From: Paraspadella gotoi
Lineage: Eukaryota; Animalia; Chaetognatha
Assembly: GCA_051294375.1 (NCBI GenBank)
Contig: CM119264.1
Span: forward strand, 10,887,832 to 10,951,831
Length of the DNA: 64,000 nt
Direction of reading: 5' to 3'
Part shown: piece after piece, positions 37,726 to 51,104 of the stretch
Layout of the letters: each line of letters opens with the position of its first letter
Numbering within the stretch: the stretch's first letter is position 1
Position numbers and translations under genes: made by a program
Notes under the pieces: generated by a model
What the model was told of the DNA's origin: nothing
Seen by the model: the letters and a program-made list of their open reading frames with translations, nothing else
Databases searched by the model: none

Positions 37726-40400
37726 TACTATAGACTATATTCTCTTCTCACCTTCCAACTCCCGGTCCCTCTCGTCGACCTCCCTTCCGAGGTCCCGAGC
37801 CCTGCCGCTCTCTTCCCTCGCCTTAGATGACAATTCAACGACTTCCGGTAAAAGCGGCGTAACTTCCCGCTCGGCACCGGAAGCGATCCGCAGAGCTTCC
37901 TCGGCGTCGTAGATGGCGCGCTCGGCCTGCTGTCCGGCGCCTACCAGGGAGCCGTCGGCCCTCCGAGTCTTGCTCTCAGCCTCGAGGATGATGCGCTCGA
38001 TCTCCTGCATCCCCCGGAGGGCTGCGTCGGCGAGGTTTTTGGACTGCTGAACCTCGTTGTCAAAGTTGCGCAGGATTCTGTTGTGGGGATTAAAAAAAAG
38101 GTTTAGAGGTAATTGTGGGTAAGGGTTTTTTTTATCTGAAGACATGGACCCTTTCTCAACTTTAAAACCTTATATTTATAGTACAAACATACTCGTCAAG
38201 TTTTTATAACCTTTATAATACGCATCTCTACGAGTTTCTCCGTCGGTACGTAGTTTTAGTTTTAATTATTCAAATCTTTATTTTTTTTTCTTCTATTACC
38301 ATTGTTCATCCCTAACCCATTAATCACCAAATGAACCAAGAAACTTCAAATCTCCCTTATGCAAAATCTTATGCAAAATCTGCACCGATACTACGAATGA
38401 TGACCTTAGCGTCTCCATGGCCTCTGCGATAATTCCGTCGGCTTTGGACTTGGCCTCTTGGGCGATGTTGAGTGCAGTCGTCGCCTCCTCCAGCAGACGG
38501 TCCATAAGTTGCTGGAGCCGCACGCTTTCCTCATATATTCGTTGAGCCTCGAGTACTTTTGACCTTGTCGGCATACAAGTTTTTTGTTAAGAAACGTGAT
38601 TTAAAATTATACCAAATGTTTCGCTATAATATATATATATTTTTGAAGAAACGTTAACATAAACTGGGTCTCTGGTTTGTTATGCTTAGATTTAAAATTT
38701 ACGAAAACTTACTTGATGGATTGAATGATCCCCGCATACTGTCTCTTCAGCCTCTCGGCCGCATTGGCGACGCTCTCTGCCGTCCTGGCGACCTCCTTAG
38801 ATCGCCTGCGTACCTCATCGATGTCGACCGAAGGGCCGGAGCCTCTTCGGACGTCGTCGAATATTTTCCTCGCTTCGTCTCGGCATTCTTTCATTCTGCT
38901 GTAAAGTCGTTCGGCGTCTCGACGCGCCTGCTCCATCTCGTAGCCCATCCCGCTGAACCCTCTTTGGATTTGAGCCAAAGACCTCGAGGTCTCCTCTTGC
39001 TTGGCGAAAGCCTCTCTGGCTAGTCGCCCCGCCTCTTCCGACGTAGATAGTGCCTTGTCAGACGTCGCCCGAATCCCGTCGGCTTCTTGTTCGTGCTGCT
39101 CGGCCAGTCGACGCGACTCTTCCGCCATCTCGGCCATCTCCCGCGATTGTCGTCCGAACTCGCGCTCCGCTCGGCGAGCGTTATCCAGCGCCTCCCGACC
39201 GCGAAGCTGCAGTAATTCTTGCAACTGTCGTAAGAGATCCTCTAGACGCCCTACAGTTGCTTGGCTCTCGGCTACAATGGCCTCGCCTCGTCGTTTGTCG
39301 TCCTCCACGTCCCTTCGAGTCGAAGCGAGGCCGTCCAGCTTTTCTCTCAGAATCCGCAATGCCCGTCGGTATTCTTCGAACTTGGCCATGGCTCCGGATG
39401 ATGGGCTGGAGGCGCGCAGTGATGCATCGTAAAGTTTATCAACGAAGGTTTGCACTTCGCGTAGAGTCGTCTCGAAACTCGCGTCCGTCGATCCTCCAGA
39501 CGAACCGCCTTCGCCGATCTTTTGGCGCAAGAGGCGAAGACGTCGGCGCATCTCCTCGATGGTCGGAGAAAGCAGAGCGTAGCAGGGATCGCACTCTCGA
39601 CACTCGCCTCTCGCGGGCGTCGTTCCCGCCGCAACGAAGTTCTCCTCGCAGCGGTCGCAGAGACGGCCCACCACATGGGGGCGACAGTGACACTGACCGC
39701 GAGAGTCGCACTCGTCGGCTACGCTGCCGTAGGCAGAACAGCCGCATCCACGGCGAGTGAACTGAGGTCGACGAGGATCTTCTGGTCTTCGAGGATCTTC
39801 TGGTCTTCGTCGTGGGTCTTCTGTTCTTCGTCGAGGGTCTTCTGGTCCTCGCCGAGGATCCTGCGGTCTTCGGCGAGGGTCCTCTGGCCTTCGTCGAGTA
39901 TCCTCTGGTCTCCGTCGAGGATCTTCAGGTCTCCGACGAGAACCGTCAGGTCTTCGTCGATCATCTTCGAGCCTTCGACGAGGATCTTCAGGTCTTCTCC
40001 GCCGGGGGTCTCTGTCGGTATCCCTGTGTCCTGTCGCTGACGATGCGCGGTTGTTATTGTCGTAACGAACGTCGCTTCGTCGAGGATCGAAAGCTCCGCC
40101 GGAAACAACTGTAGGAACGTTGTAAACGACGCCGCCGTAACTAGCGTCGCCTCTTGATCCGGCCGATCGGAAATCGTACCGGTTACTCGTGTCTGTCTCC
40201 GGGGAGGCGTACTGATATCGTACGTAACTCTCGTCGTAGTTACCGGCGGTCGAGCGCTGGCGATTGTTGTTGTTGTTGTTGTTTCCGTAAAAGAACGGGT
40301 TCCCCGACTGCGCAAAGTATGTGACCTCGGCTTCGACGCATGCGCACGCGAAACACGAAGCGAGAAAAGCGTTCCAGAATCGTCTCGTGGGAGCCAGCAT
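37206..40400 (-). CDS. Truncated laminin gamma-like chain, about 864 aa (exons 40400-38713, 38563-38405, 38077-37752, 37627-37206): signal peptide, novel low-complexity head, one LE domain, full coiled coil
   Basis: LE motif CGCSAYGSVADECDSRGQCHCRPHVVGRLCDRCEENF followed by CRECDPCYALL and a ~590-aa heptad region ending DVANIEDIQEQLPDGCYKFIRLE, typical of gamma chains. The spliced length of 2595 nt is in frame. Confidence 0.9.
37679..37720. repeat. (CT)n microsatellite in a laminin intron
   Basis: Pure CT run. Confidence 0.95.
39766..40008 (-). repeat. Coding minisatellite with a 21-bp unit, about 11-12 copies, encoding RRRPEDP
   Basis: Repeated 'tcgaggatcttctggtct/cttcgtcgagg' units. Confidence 0.92.
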
Positions 40401-40854
40401 CTTGCGGGTCTCGCTGGGGTGACTTTCTTTTCCCCTATTCCCGTCCGTCGTTCGCTAGATCGCCCGTCAATTCAAAATTTGTTGGTACGCGGTTCAATTT
40501 TTTTTCACTTTCGAGTTCAAGATTCACGAACGCGGTTTTTTTTTTTTTTTTTAAGTTTACTTCATCTCTCAATCATCTGATCATCATTCAAAAAAATCCG
40601 CCGATGATGATCGAAAGGTTTTCGAGGGATTTTTTCGTTTCGTCGTCCCTGACTTCTTCGCTTCAAGGGCGGTCCGAATCGAGATGAGGTTCGGGACGAA
40701 CGTTCGGTCCGAAGCGGTTCGCGTCGAAGTGGTTTTTGTCAGACTTTCTCTTATCGAAACTAAAATTGTATTTTTTTTTTCTTAGATTTTTTATTGAAAA
40801 AGTTGGTATTTAAAAGCTCGTTTTGATTTTGTATTTTATAGCGTTGCGTGTTAA

Positions 40855-40856
<2 letters not shown>

Positions 40857-40922
<66 letters not shown>
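40857..40922. repeat. (CT)n microsatellite
   Basis: Near-pure CT run. Confidence 0.95.
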
Positions 40923-40923
<1 letters not shown>

Positions 40924-42078
40924 TTTTTTTTTTTCTCAGCTCATGATCGTTAAAAAGTGAAAAATAAGATAAAAATTTAAAAAAGCTAAAAAGCTAAAAT
41001 AAAAAGGAATGAAATCCGGATGAAGATTTCGAATGTTTTTGACCATAGCCTGGCTCCTCCGAGGGTGCGGATAAAGATTTCGAAAAAGATAAACGTTTTT
41101 AAAATCTTTTTTTTTAAAATCTAATTTTTTACTGCCCCGCTTTAAATATTATAAGGAAAGACGTTAACATATCTCCCAAAGACCAAAAAAAAAAAGCATG
41201 AAATGAGAAAGATGAATAACAAATGTACGATTTGAAGTCGAAAGTTAAATGCAGTTAGTTTTTACTTTTGCTCTTCTTTTTTCATTTCTCGAAAGAAAAA
41301 ACAAACGAGGAAGAAAAAAACGGAGAGGGGGAGAGAGATAAAGTGATGGGGGAAAGAAAAAGCGAGAAGAGAGCGAGAGAGTTTCTTGCGTTTATCCTCA
41401 GATTTCGCACAAACTCAAAGAAGTTGTTTTGATGTAAGCGACGAGTGAAAATGCCCATATTATTCGTATCTTTGTACTAAATAAATAGATTTCCTTCTTG
41501 CCAAGTGGACTAAAGAAAAACAAAACAACTGAAATTCTCTTGTACTTTAACCCCTTTAAAATAGAACCTGAGAATTCCATTCCGATTTAAGACGTGAATT
41601 TAGGTCATAAACGTTTTCAACATGAGGCCGACGAATCAACTTTGATCGTTTTTCATTGAATCTCGTTAATTCGCGATGAGCTCGTGGATCTGACTCTTCG
41701 CTACGATCTATGATCGATAATGCGAAAAGCGGTCCGACTCCGGCTTCTTTCTAAGACTGAGTGCATCATGATGTCATGAAAATGTCGATACATTAAAATA
41801 CGAGGTTCATTAAAAACTGTCTTTACCCTGTGATTGACAACAATTCGAGGCTCATATCATCAGCTTAACGTTTCAGTCAAAACCGTACCTTTTTTGGCGC
41901 CTCAAATTTGAGAGCACTCTTGTCTCGTAAAAAAAAATTTTGAATTCGTTTACATTTAAATCCCAGGTTTCAGATCGATGAAAACAAAGGTATCCTTATT
42001 CCTGGTTTTTTTTCCTTTCATCCATCGGGAAACTTGTGAAAAACTTCTACAAATAAAGAAAAAAACAACAAAGTACTT

Positions 42079-42478
42079 GTCCAAAGTCAGGGGCAAGGAT
42101 AGCTTATTTATTAAATGAATGGATAATTTTTTATATTGGTTGTACCAATTTCATAAAATTCAGCTCCTTGTATTTTGATGCTAGTGCGGAGTACAATAAG
42201 TATTCCCCGATCTAATACTTAAGGGAGTGGTCTTTTCATACAATTGAAACATTCTTTGAAATATTTTCCACTTCATTGATAGGGAAGCCAGGTACTCTGG
42301 GAGTGAATAAACGAGACTGTGAAAGAGTCTTGATTGAAAGCTTGCAGGGACCTGCTATGTCATTATCTTGTAGAGTGATGGAGGCCTTAAACCACCAAAG
42401 CCTGTCCAAAGTCAGGGCAAGATAGCTTATTTATTAAATGAATGGCGATAATTTTTATATTGGTTGTACCAATTTCAT
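42079..42478 (+). repeat. Dispersed ~325-bp repeat with ~75-bp terminal redundancy (copies at 57655-57990 minus and ~61440-61645 plus, the latter deleted)
   Basis: gtccaaagtcagggcaa...ggttgtaccaatttcata occurs at 42079-42155 and again at 42404-42478; the body matches the reverse complement of 57690-57945. Confidence 0.85.
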
Positions 42479-44674
42479 ATATATATACGTAAAACGTATG
42501 CAAACGTATACAAACGTACGCCATGCATTCATCTGACTTTACATAGACGGATTATAACAAATTCGCACTAGATAAATTCGTTCTTTAGCTTAGTTTTAGT
42601 CTAAAATTTCTTTTCGTGAAATTCGAGAAAAAAAAAACACCAAACGCTGAGTCGAATTTTTGCGATTGTAACATTGGAAGCAGGCAAAACCACTTTGCCC
42701 TCTTCGAGTTGAAAACTTTCGATTCCCCATTAGATAAAATCCTCAAGGTTATGAAATTTTAATGTCAATCGCACAAAAACAAAAAAAAATGCCCGAAAGA
42801 AATAGTATCTAAAAAAAGTCAAAAAGAAAATAATAATATGAAAACTATTATGAAGTGTACGTCACTGAATAATTACCCTCATCATTCAGTTGTTGTTTTG
42901 ACTTTTGTTTTTGTAAATGTGCGAGAAGAGGGAGACGCCCGGCATCCATCCCACCTTGTGCTTAATTGAACAAGATAAGTAAGAACGGCTTGGCGGAAAG
43001 AATGAGTGTGAAGATTGAAAATGAGTTATGACTTCAAAATAAAAGAAAAGAAAAAAGTTGTTTCCGCACTTACTCCCCCTTCCCGTTTTCTCTTCTCTCC
43101 TTCTTTTTGACAAGCGAATTTCAACGGACTTTAATTTTTCCCCTTTTTTTTCTAAAAGGTTTTTTTTTTTCAAGTTGCATACGCGAAAACCTATTAACTA
43201 ATGACTTTCGTCTGTCCAAATACGCGTTTCTCAAACAACTAAAGAGTCAACGAAAACCACCAGTACATTAAATTTATTAATGATAATATATCGACATGTT
43301 AAATGTAAATTTTCGTTAAGAAAACAATTGTATACATTTGTATATACATAACATTTTAGTCGTGTACTCGAAAAATTACCTCATTTAAAAGTTGTCAAAT
43401 AAATTACCGTCGCGATGCTTTGCAAAGGGCGGTATTTTTTAATTTTTTAAAAAAGCGGAATTCTTTCCGACTTCCCCCCCCCCCCCCCCTTTTTTTCGAA
43501 ATTCTCGAATCAAGCGACGACTTTCACTCTCGCCCACTCCGTCTCCCTCCACTCTGTCTCTGTTGTGTTCGTTCTTTGGCCGCTTCTACAAGTTTCTTAT
43601 CGTTCCCTTTTCTCTTAATGTTCTTTCCTTTTCTTATGATCCACATTTTCGTCCCCTTTCCTTATAGTTTGCCCATTTACCCTTTTTTTAATATTTTTAG
43701 TTCCTCGATCCTAATTCTCCTTCTCCCATTTCCCCTTCCTTTTACGTTTTGCTCCCAACTCGATTTTTCACACATTACGTATATTCCCCTCCCCTCCTTC
43801 CAATTAACTGCTCTTATACCCGAAGCTCTTTAGTCTTAGCCGAAATTACTTTGACTCCCTCCAAGCCCCTACGTGTCAGCTGTCACTTCTAACTTACCTT
43901 CTACCGCGCCCCAGTCGCCCCACCCACCCACCTCGAGTTTCTCGGCAATATTCTCGGTTGGTCAGTCAAGAGGAGCAAAACCCGATGACAATATAAATTA
44001 GCGGAAAAAGGAAGAGGAAATGGCTGACACCGATGAAAACCCGTTAAAGATTTCGATGGAGGGAGGTTGAGCAGATTAGAAAGGATTGAACATAAAATAA
44101 TAAAAGTAAACAAGAAAAAAAAGCATCGGGAGGGCGATCGTTTTCGCAGATATTCCCTTTCACTGTTTATGAAAAGTCCGGCTTTTCCCTAAATTTTGCT
44201 TGTCGCGAGTGTCATGACAGTTATTTTGTTAAAGACGGAAATTGTATAAGGGTATATTTATTGGATTTAATATAATTATCATCATTTCCGTTTTCGTAAG
44301 AAATAATTACGTACGTTCTTTTTTTTTATTAGATAAGTTTAATATTCACAGTGAAGTTTTTTCTTTCTTTCTTATTTTAGCTTCTTTTTCTCTATTTCTT
44401 CGTACTTTTCTATCAACTTAGTTTTTCTCTTCCTTAGACAAAATTTCAGTTTATTTCTCGGCCAATAGGAAGGTGTTTATCACAACGCCTTTGATCGCCG
44501 AAGGGTGTCGATTGTCGAATTTTGGCGTCAGGTGCGGAGGAAGATGCAGCGAAAAAAAAAATAGCGGCAGAGTCGGTGGGACCTTCGTTGACCACCGACG
44601 GGTGCTGACCCAAGGTTTGTCAATCTAAGTAACCAACGCCTTAAAAATTCAGCTAACGACAGATTTAGAAAACA

Positions 44675-47600
44675 ATGCCGTCCAGCCCCTCAATTCCGCC
44701 TTCATTTTCATCTTTGATCTTATCAACCGTTTTACTTACCTGTGAACTATTTCACCCGATTCTTGCTGACCGAAACTCGACAGATTCCGACATTCTCTTC
44801 CTTTCAAACGCACAGTCATCCGTTCTCGATCCGCTATGGACCAACGCGCAAGGAACGAGCGAGCAAACCGAATCGAAGGCGACAAAGACGATGGACGAAT
44901 TGAGAGTGATTTCTGAAGTTGGAGGAATCATTCCAATTAGAGGTGAGTTTGATTCTACAAATATGAACAATTGTACATGAATTTCATGCCAAATAGTTCG
45001 TCAAAAATCCTCGAGAATTTCTCAACTTGTTCTCGTAAGTTTTCTGCCATCTTTCTCTTTACCGTTTATGGTTTGCCTTTAAAAACCATTACATTTTCAA
45101 CTAAAAGTACATACTAAAAAGTTACAAGCAGTTAATCTTACAAATTCAACAATTAAACCCATTACATATATTAGCATAAATATATTTATTAAAAAGTCAT
45201 TTGCTCGGCTTCGAAATATCTTTCTCCTTTTCTACAGGAGTAAAGCCGGCTGGTCTACCGAGTGTCGAGGAAAAATCTTCCACGTCCTCTCCTTTGATTC
45301 GCACTTCAAAAAGACAACGTCGACCGCGAAATGGGATCCGATCTTCGTCCGAATCTCCTCGCTCGAAAATGCTCGAGCCAACATCGAGACGAACAAAACC
45401 GCAGGCCGAGGAAATGGTCGAGGAGATCCCGGCCGCCGACTCTCCAGAGGATTTCCTCGTTTCCGCCCCGATTCGGGGGGCGATAATCACCCCGGCGCCA
45501 ATGGTCTCGGTGCAGACCTCTAGGGGTAAAACTAAAAGGCAGACTAAAGGGTTCAAAATTATTTGTCGGTTTTCCTTTCCTTGACGCCGAACGTCCCGGT
45601 TCCGTCTGGGGAGAAAACTTCTCGACAATAATTTTTAAATAGTTTCGAGAAAAAGTCAACGCCAACGGCAACGAGAGTACGAACTGATGACAAAAGAAAG
45701 AGCGTTTTATTTTAAAGATAATACCCCGTTTTCTCTTGAGAGCACTCGGGGACAAAAAAAAAAAAAAAGAATGTTGATGATAATCATCCTGACGCCGAGT
45801 AAAGGCTTTTATTTAGGGTGTATTATGAAAAATTTTACATTCTACTGTTTTAGTCTCAACTCTCAAAAATATCTTACAGTTGGCTTAACGTCAGACTCTA
45901 TGAAGCCTCAAATGAAAAAAGAGGACCTGACGAAGGTATACCTAAGCTATAATAAGACACAATTCCATTTTATTAAATAAAAGATTTTAATTGGTTCTAT
46001 TATTAAAGGCAAAAGACGATCCTCTTTCGCTCACTAAATTTTATTACGTCAGACGGAATCAAGTCGACGCCCGAAGGTCGCCATAGAATTTGACGAGGGG
46101 AATTTCGACACGTTCATCCTGACGAAGAAACGAAGAGGCGAGTTCGAAAACTTTGAACGAGAACCAAGTTCACCGCCGCGTAACGCGGTGCCGAGGGTGC
46201 GCCATGACCTGCACGTTTACCATCGATTCCTTCCCGAATTCTCTGGTGACGCAAACACTTTTTATAGCCACAGCGTGGAAACTTCCGGCGCGGGTCAAGA
46301 TTCTGATTTATCGCCTAACGACGAGAGAAAGTAGGATACTTCATAATTATTATACTAATCAATTATAAACATTAAATAGTATAGTATTTATAAAATAATC
46401 ATTAGTGATGAACGAACGTAGTGACCGCAAAGTTTGTTTTTTTTATTTCTCATCTATTTTCCCCTCGTTTTCCCATTTATGGCCTCAAGGTTCTACTTTC
46501 AACAACTGGTAAAAGCTTTGAAGGGAAAAAGAATTAAAAAGGTCCGACCTTCGAGAGACGTTTCCGACGATGATAGTGAAGAGTTCCCAGAAGCTCTAGA
46601 GGTCGAAAATAAGCCATCAAGTAAACTGTGCCTCGTATTATATTCATTATTTTTCATGTATTATACTTTAGGTGATGGAAACCTTGGAGGAAATATGGGG
46701 TCTGCACAACGAAACAGAAGCGGTGGCCAGTAGCGGGGGAAAAAGAGTGCAAGTTCGCAAGATTCCGGCCAGTTATTTATTGTTGTTTAAGATCAGCCAC
46801 CCTGAGCGTCGGACAGGAGGGGGAATGAAACTGGTGTCGGGCCAAAGAAGAAAAGTATCATCGAAAGATTTTTCGATTGATAAGAAATCAAAGAATGAGA
46901 ACAAGTATGAGAAAGGCAGGGTCTGGTCTGGGATAGGTGAAGAACAATATTTTCGAAAGAATGAGGTGCAATCAAGGGAAAACAAATCCGTGGCAAAGAT
47001 AAAAAATTTACAGATGAAAAAAGATAATCATATTCTTGGTATGACGTTTAAAAAAGATTTTGAGATCCATAGTGATCATAGTGCTGATTCAGAAGCTAGT
47101 CGCAGCGGTAAAGTCAATTCAAGTCATGACCACCAGACAAATCATACACTTAGCATCGATATTAATAGTCTCGACAACCACAAGCGAAATGGAGAGGAAG
47201 AAAATCCTGGCCTGGGCATTCAAACACCTAGTTTTGGAATAGCGACAAATCGCGTGGACCAAAATCCTTTCCTGGACAAACTCAAACTGGACGCGCAAGT
47301 TTTGGGGAAAAAACCAACAACCAACAAAACATTGATGAAGGAAATGGCCGAAAAAAACGTTTTGAATTACGAGGATTATGAAATCCTTCCCAAGGTTAAT
47401 AATAACAATAAATAACATTAAAGGTCATATATTTTATTAAATAGTATCTGACGAATTCATTACTTTTCCTGATAGGTCAACACTAACACCGGAACCAAGA
47501 AAAACATTACTTTACCCATAAAAAGTTTTAAAGACGTTTCGAAAAATTCAACCGGAACAACAAAAGATGCCAAACCTTTAAACCTTCTAAAGCATTTGAT

Positions 47601-49303
47601 AGAATTTCCATTAACAACACCGTTGCCGGCGCCTCAAAAGGAAGTTTTTACTTCAGCAACGTTTCAGTTGTTAAACAAAAAAACATTTACTAACTTTCCT
47701 AGAAAGGATATGTTTAAATCTCACAGGAAAACAAATAGCCTAAAACCCAAAACCATCACTGATACCAGAAAACGGTATATATCTCCTTACATACCTCCTT
47801 TAAAAATAAATGACAAAAGAAAATTTATTAAAATACCAACTAATCAAAAAGTTAATGGTGGTCCTCTTTCGAAAATGCAACCAGTGCAGAGACCGTATAA
47901 GCCGGTTCCATTGCTTCCTATTACAATGTCGAAAAATGTAGACTTTGCGACGTTTTCTCCAAAAAAACCTTTGTCATCGTATCCAAAAGCGAAAAATTAT
48001 GAGTATGAAAGTGGCAAAAGAAAAAAAGATTCTCTCATAATTGAGAACGGACCTTACCCGTTCTCTTCTTCAATAGTTCGATTACATGGAATGGGTAAGG
48101 GAAATCACTTTGAATCCCAGGTTAAACCACAACGCAACGGTACGTTTTTTTCAATCAAACTCCCGCGTAATTCTTGCACGTAATGCACTGCACCAACTTT
48201 ATTTTCTTTTTTCAAATAACGAAAATCAATCAGGATTTGTAATCATCGAAAATAGAGAATAAATAAATTTCAAAAACTAATTTACAAAAATTAAAAGTAT
48301 CATTTTTATAATTTTTTTATGAAATTTAGTACTGAAGGAGGAAATAGTAGGAAATACACGAATAAATCATGTTTGTTTATATTATCCTCAGGTTTTTCTC
48401 CAATGTTAAGAAACACCATGAGTAGTCCTGGGATGCAAAGTTCAAATATGATGAGCAATGTAATGGCCGGAGCTGGAGGTTCACAAATTCGTGGTCAGAG
48501 TCTGCCAGGATCTATATGGAATATGGCATCAAAAATGTCAGGAGGTATATTCATGATTAATCTTTTTCCAAAGCAGCTTCCCAGGTTCAAGTGAACTTTT
48601 AGGGTAACTTAAGTACGAATTTATTTTTTTGTAATTCAATAAACAAAAGTCCATTTCTTAGTTTGGTATTAGTAAGATTATGACTTGAATTGTTTTAGAC
48701 AGAACAATCGATGAGATGTTGTACGCTAATAATATTGACGTTTAATGATCGTAATTGTTACTACAAAAGCTCTTATTTCTTACTTCAAGGTTATTAACCC
48801 AGGTTCTTGAATTCGAGTCCCGTTGGGCCTAATAATAATAATAATAATAATATTAATAATAATTATAATAATAAGAAAGACGAGCAGCATTCCCGCAAGA
48901 CCAGTGGACTCAAGGATTGTATTGAGAAATCTTCTAGGACTAACTTTTAAAAATAAAGAATGTCAATCAACTATAAATAAAGCTTTTACAAATTAGCTTT
49001 CCTGAAAGGAAACATCTGCCATTGTAAAATTGTAGGATTCATTCCAACTCCGTAATAATGTAATAATGTACAATAGGTGTATTTTATTTCAACATTATCA
49101 TCCCCATCATTTCATAATTAGGTGCTTCGAGCCCATGGACTCAACTTCCTAAGCAAGCTCTTATTAAAGGGATTGGAAATCCGTGGTCAGCTCTCGGAAA
49201 GATTCAAGGTCAACAACAACGCCAGTCTCAACTTATGCAAAGAATGGGGAGAATGGGTGGAATTGGAGCTGGTATGGGAAATATGGGAGGAATGTTCGGA
49301 TAG
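44675..49303 (+). CDS. Uncharacterised secreted low-complexity protein, about 924 aa, 9 exons (44675-44942, 45238-45550, 45854-45935, 46053-46330, 46490-46601, 46672-47394, 47476-48139, 48392-48544, 49122-49303)
   Basis: Hydrophobic signal-like N-terminus; all eight GT-AG introns are phase-compatible and give a 2775-nt frame; Met/Gly-rich C-terminus; no domain recognised. Confidence 0.72.
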
Positions 49304-49535
49304 TCAATGATTATTCACTGGATGTCGGCATTAAACATGAACATTTTTTGCGTTGTTTTAGATCGTGTAACATAAATTTCGATTTAAAATTTTCAGTTAT
49401 TGACTTATTACTAGAGCGTAGTGAAAGTCACGTTTGAAAATTCTAATTGTCAATTATGACAACGTACCACCTGTGAACATTAATTTATAAAAAAAATTTA
49501 TTTTATTTTTTTTAATTTTTAATTTTTGCAGTAGG

Positions 49536-51104
49536 TAGATACCTCATATGAGAGCTAATTTTAATTTATTTTTTTATATATTTTTATGCCAGTCCCTGGA
49601 GGATGATGTCAATATTCACTTGCAAAAAACCGTTTTAAAATTCCTACAATAGTTTCCGAGATATGGTCATAAACGTCAGCCTTCAAAGGCAAAATTTATC
49701 AGAATAAAATTTTCGAGTTTCTCTAAAGATTTCTGACGCGCTAGTACTAACTATTTAAAAAAAAAGAGGAAACGTTTTGCTGATTTCTTAAAGCAAAAGC
49801 CATAAATGAGCAAGACAATGTGTACATCTGAAAGTGATAGGTCTCTAGATGACGAAAATTTTTTCTTTAACTATTATTTTAAAATTTAAGTCTTGTACCA
49901 ATAGGATTAAGTGAGATACTCCCGCTTTGCCGAAATTTTTATTTAACAAAGATTTGTACTGCGTAGTTCAAATCCTTAATTCTCCGATTGTAAAAAAAGT
50001 TATTTTCTTGGATAACTTTTGAAAGAAAAGAGATAGCAAGGTGAGTGTGGTATCAAATTAAAGCCCTAATCATGGGACACCTTTCTCAAAGAGTTTAATT
50101 AAATTTCATCTATAAATCTTTACACAGCTTTTGTTTAAATCATAGTTAAAAGTATAACAATTTTTTGTGTTAAAAATTGCGCTGAAGGCATATGAATTTT
50201 TTTGTTTTTCTTTTGTGATTTGAAAAAGGGAAGACTGAATTACATTTTGATTACCATTAAATTTTCTCTACTGCATAAAATTGCTTGTATTTTTCAGTTA
50301 AAGTAAAAACAAGCAAAAATTTATGTAGTAGCTTGATAAAATGTCTTTTTAAATATGAAAAATGATAAATACAAAAATGTTTTAAGCTTGATATAAACAG
50401 TCTGGACATCTACCTTCTTGCCTGTGAAAAAAAATCGTCACTTTTCATTATCTTCAACTTCAAACAAAAGCTTGACAAACTGCTTGTTTATCATAATAAA
50501 ATTTTAAAAAAATTACATAGCTGGCGACATATTTGACAAAGCAAGACGTCATTGTGTTAAATTGTATTGATAATTTTCTTTTAAATAGAAAAAAAGAGAA
50601 ATTTTTATATCTTTCTTTTTTATTTCTTCTTAAATAAAAATTTCAGCGAAGGAAAAAAAAATTAAAATCTACTCATCTTGAATGTCATCGTTTACTGATT
50701 AAAAGGTAGAATTTTTTAATTCGCCCTTTTGCCCCCAAGCCCCTAGACATGGAAGTGCCCAAAACTTTAAAAAACATTTTAAACTTGATGTGCATACAAG
50801 GCGGAACCCGCATTCTGAATTTTTGTATTTTCCCTTTCAAACATATTAAATAAAAATATTATTTGCGAGATGTTTGACATTGACAATGCCACTGGTAAGG
50901 CTTCGTTACCCACTTCCCGAATGAATTTTTAAACGAGGTTTTTTTTTCGTCTATTTGAGACATAATACTAACTTTTGGTATTACTAGTTTTTCAATTTAC
51001 ACAATCTACTTCCCGTAATCAGCGAAACGTTTAGCGTGTCAAAAAAATAGGGTAAAAAAAGAGTAAAACGTTCTGACAAATTTAAAAATCGATGGAGGAA
51101 TCTA
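49536..51104. mobile_element. 1.57-kb non-autonomous DNA transposon with 10-bp TIRs and a 7-bp target duplication, inserted in a MITE
   Basis: cagtagg|tagatacctc ... gaggaatcta|cagtagg. The uninterrupted site tttttgcagtaggctatattta is seen in the MITE copy at ~25785. Confidence 0.85.

Noticed and set aside
39766-40008. CRISPR-like array
   Set aside because: Contiguous 21-bp coding repeats without unique spacers, in a eukaryotic gene; the same applies to 57484-57624
38682-40315. Long overlapping and antisense ORFs over the laminin exon
   Set aside because: Expected shadows of a GC-rich, repetitive coding exon
43420-43833. Hydrophobic F/L/P-rich ORF (also 2881-3362)
   Set aside because: Translation of pyrimidine-rich promoter or UTR sequence; no ATG start or splice support
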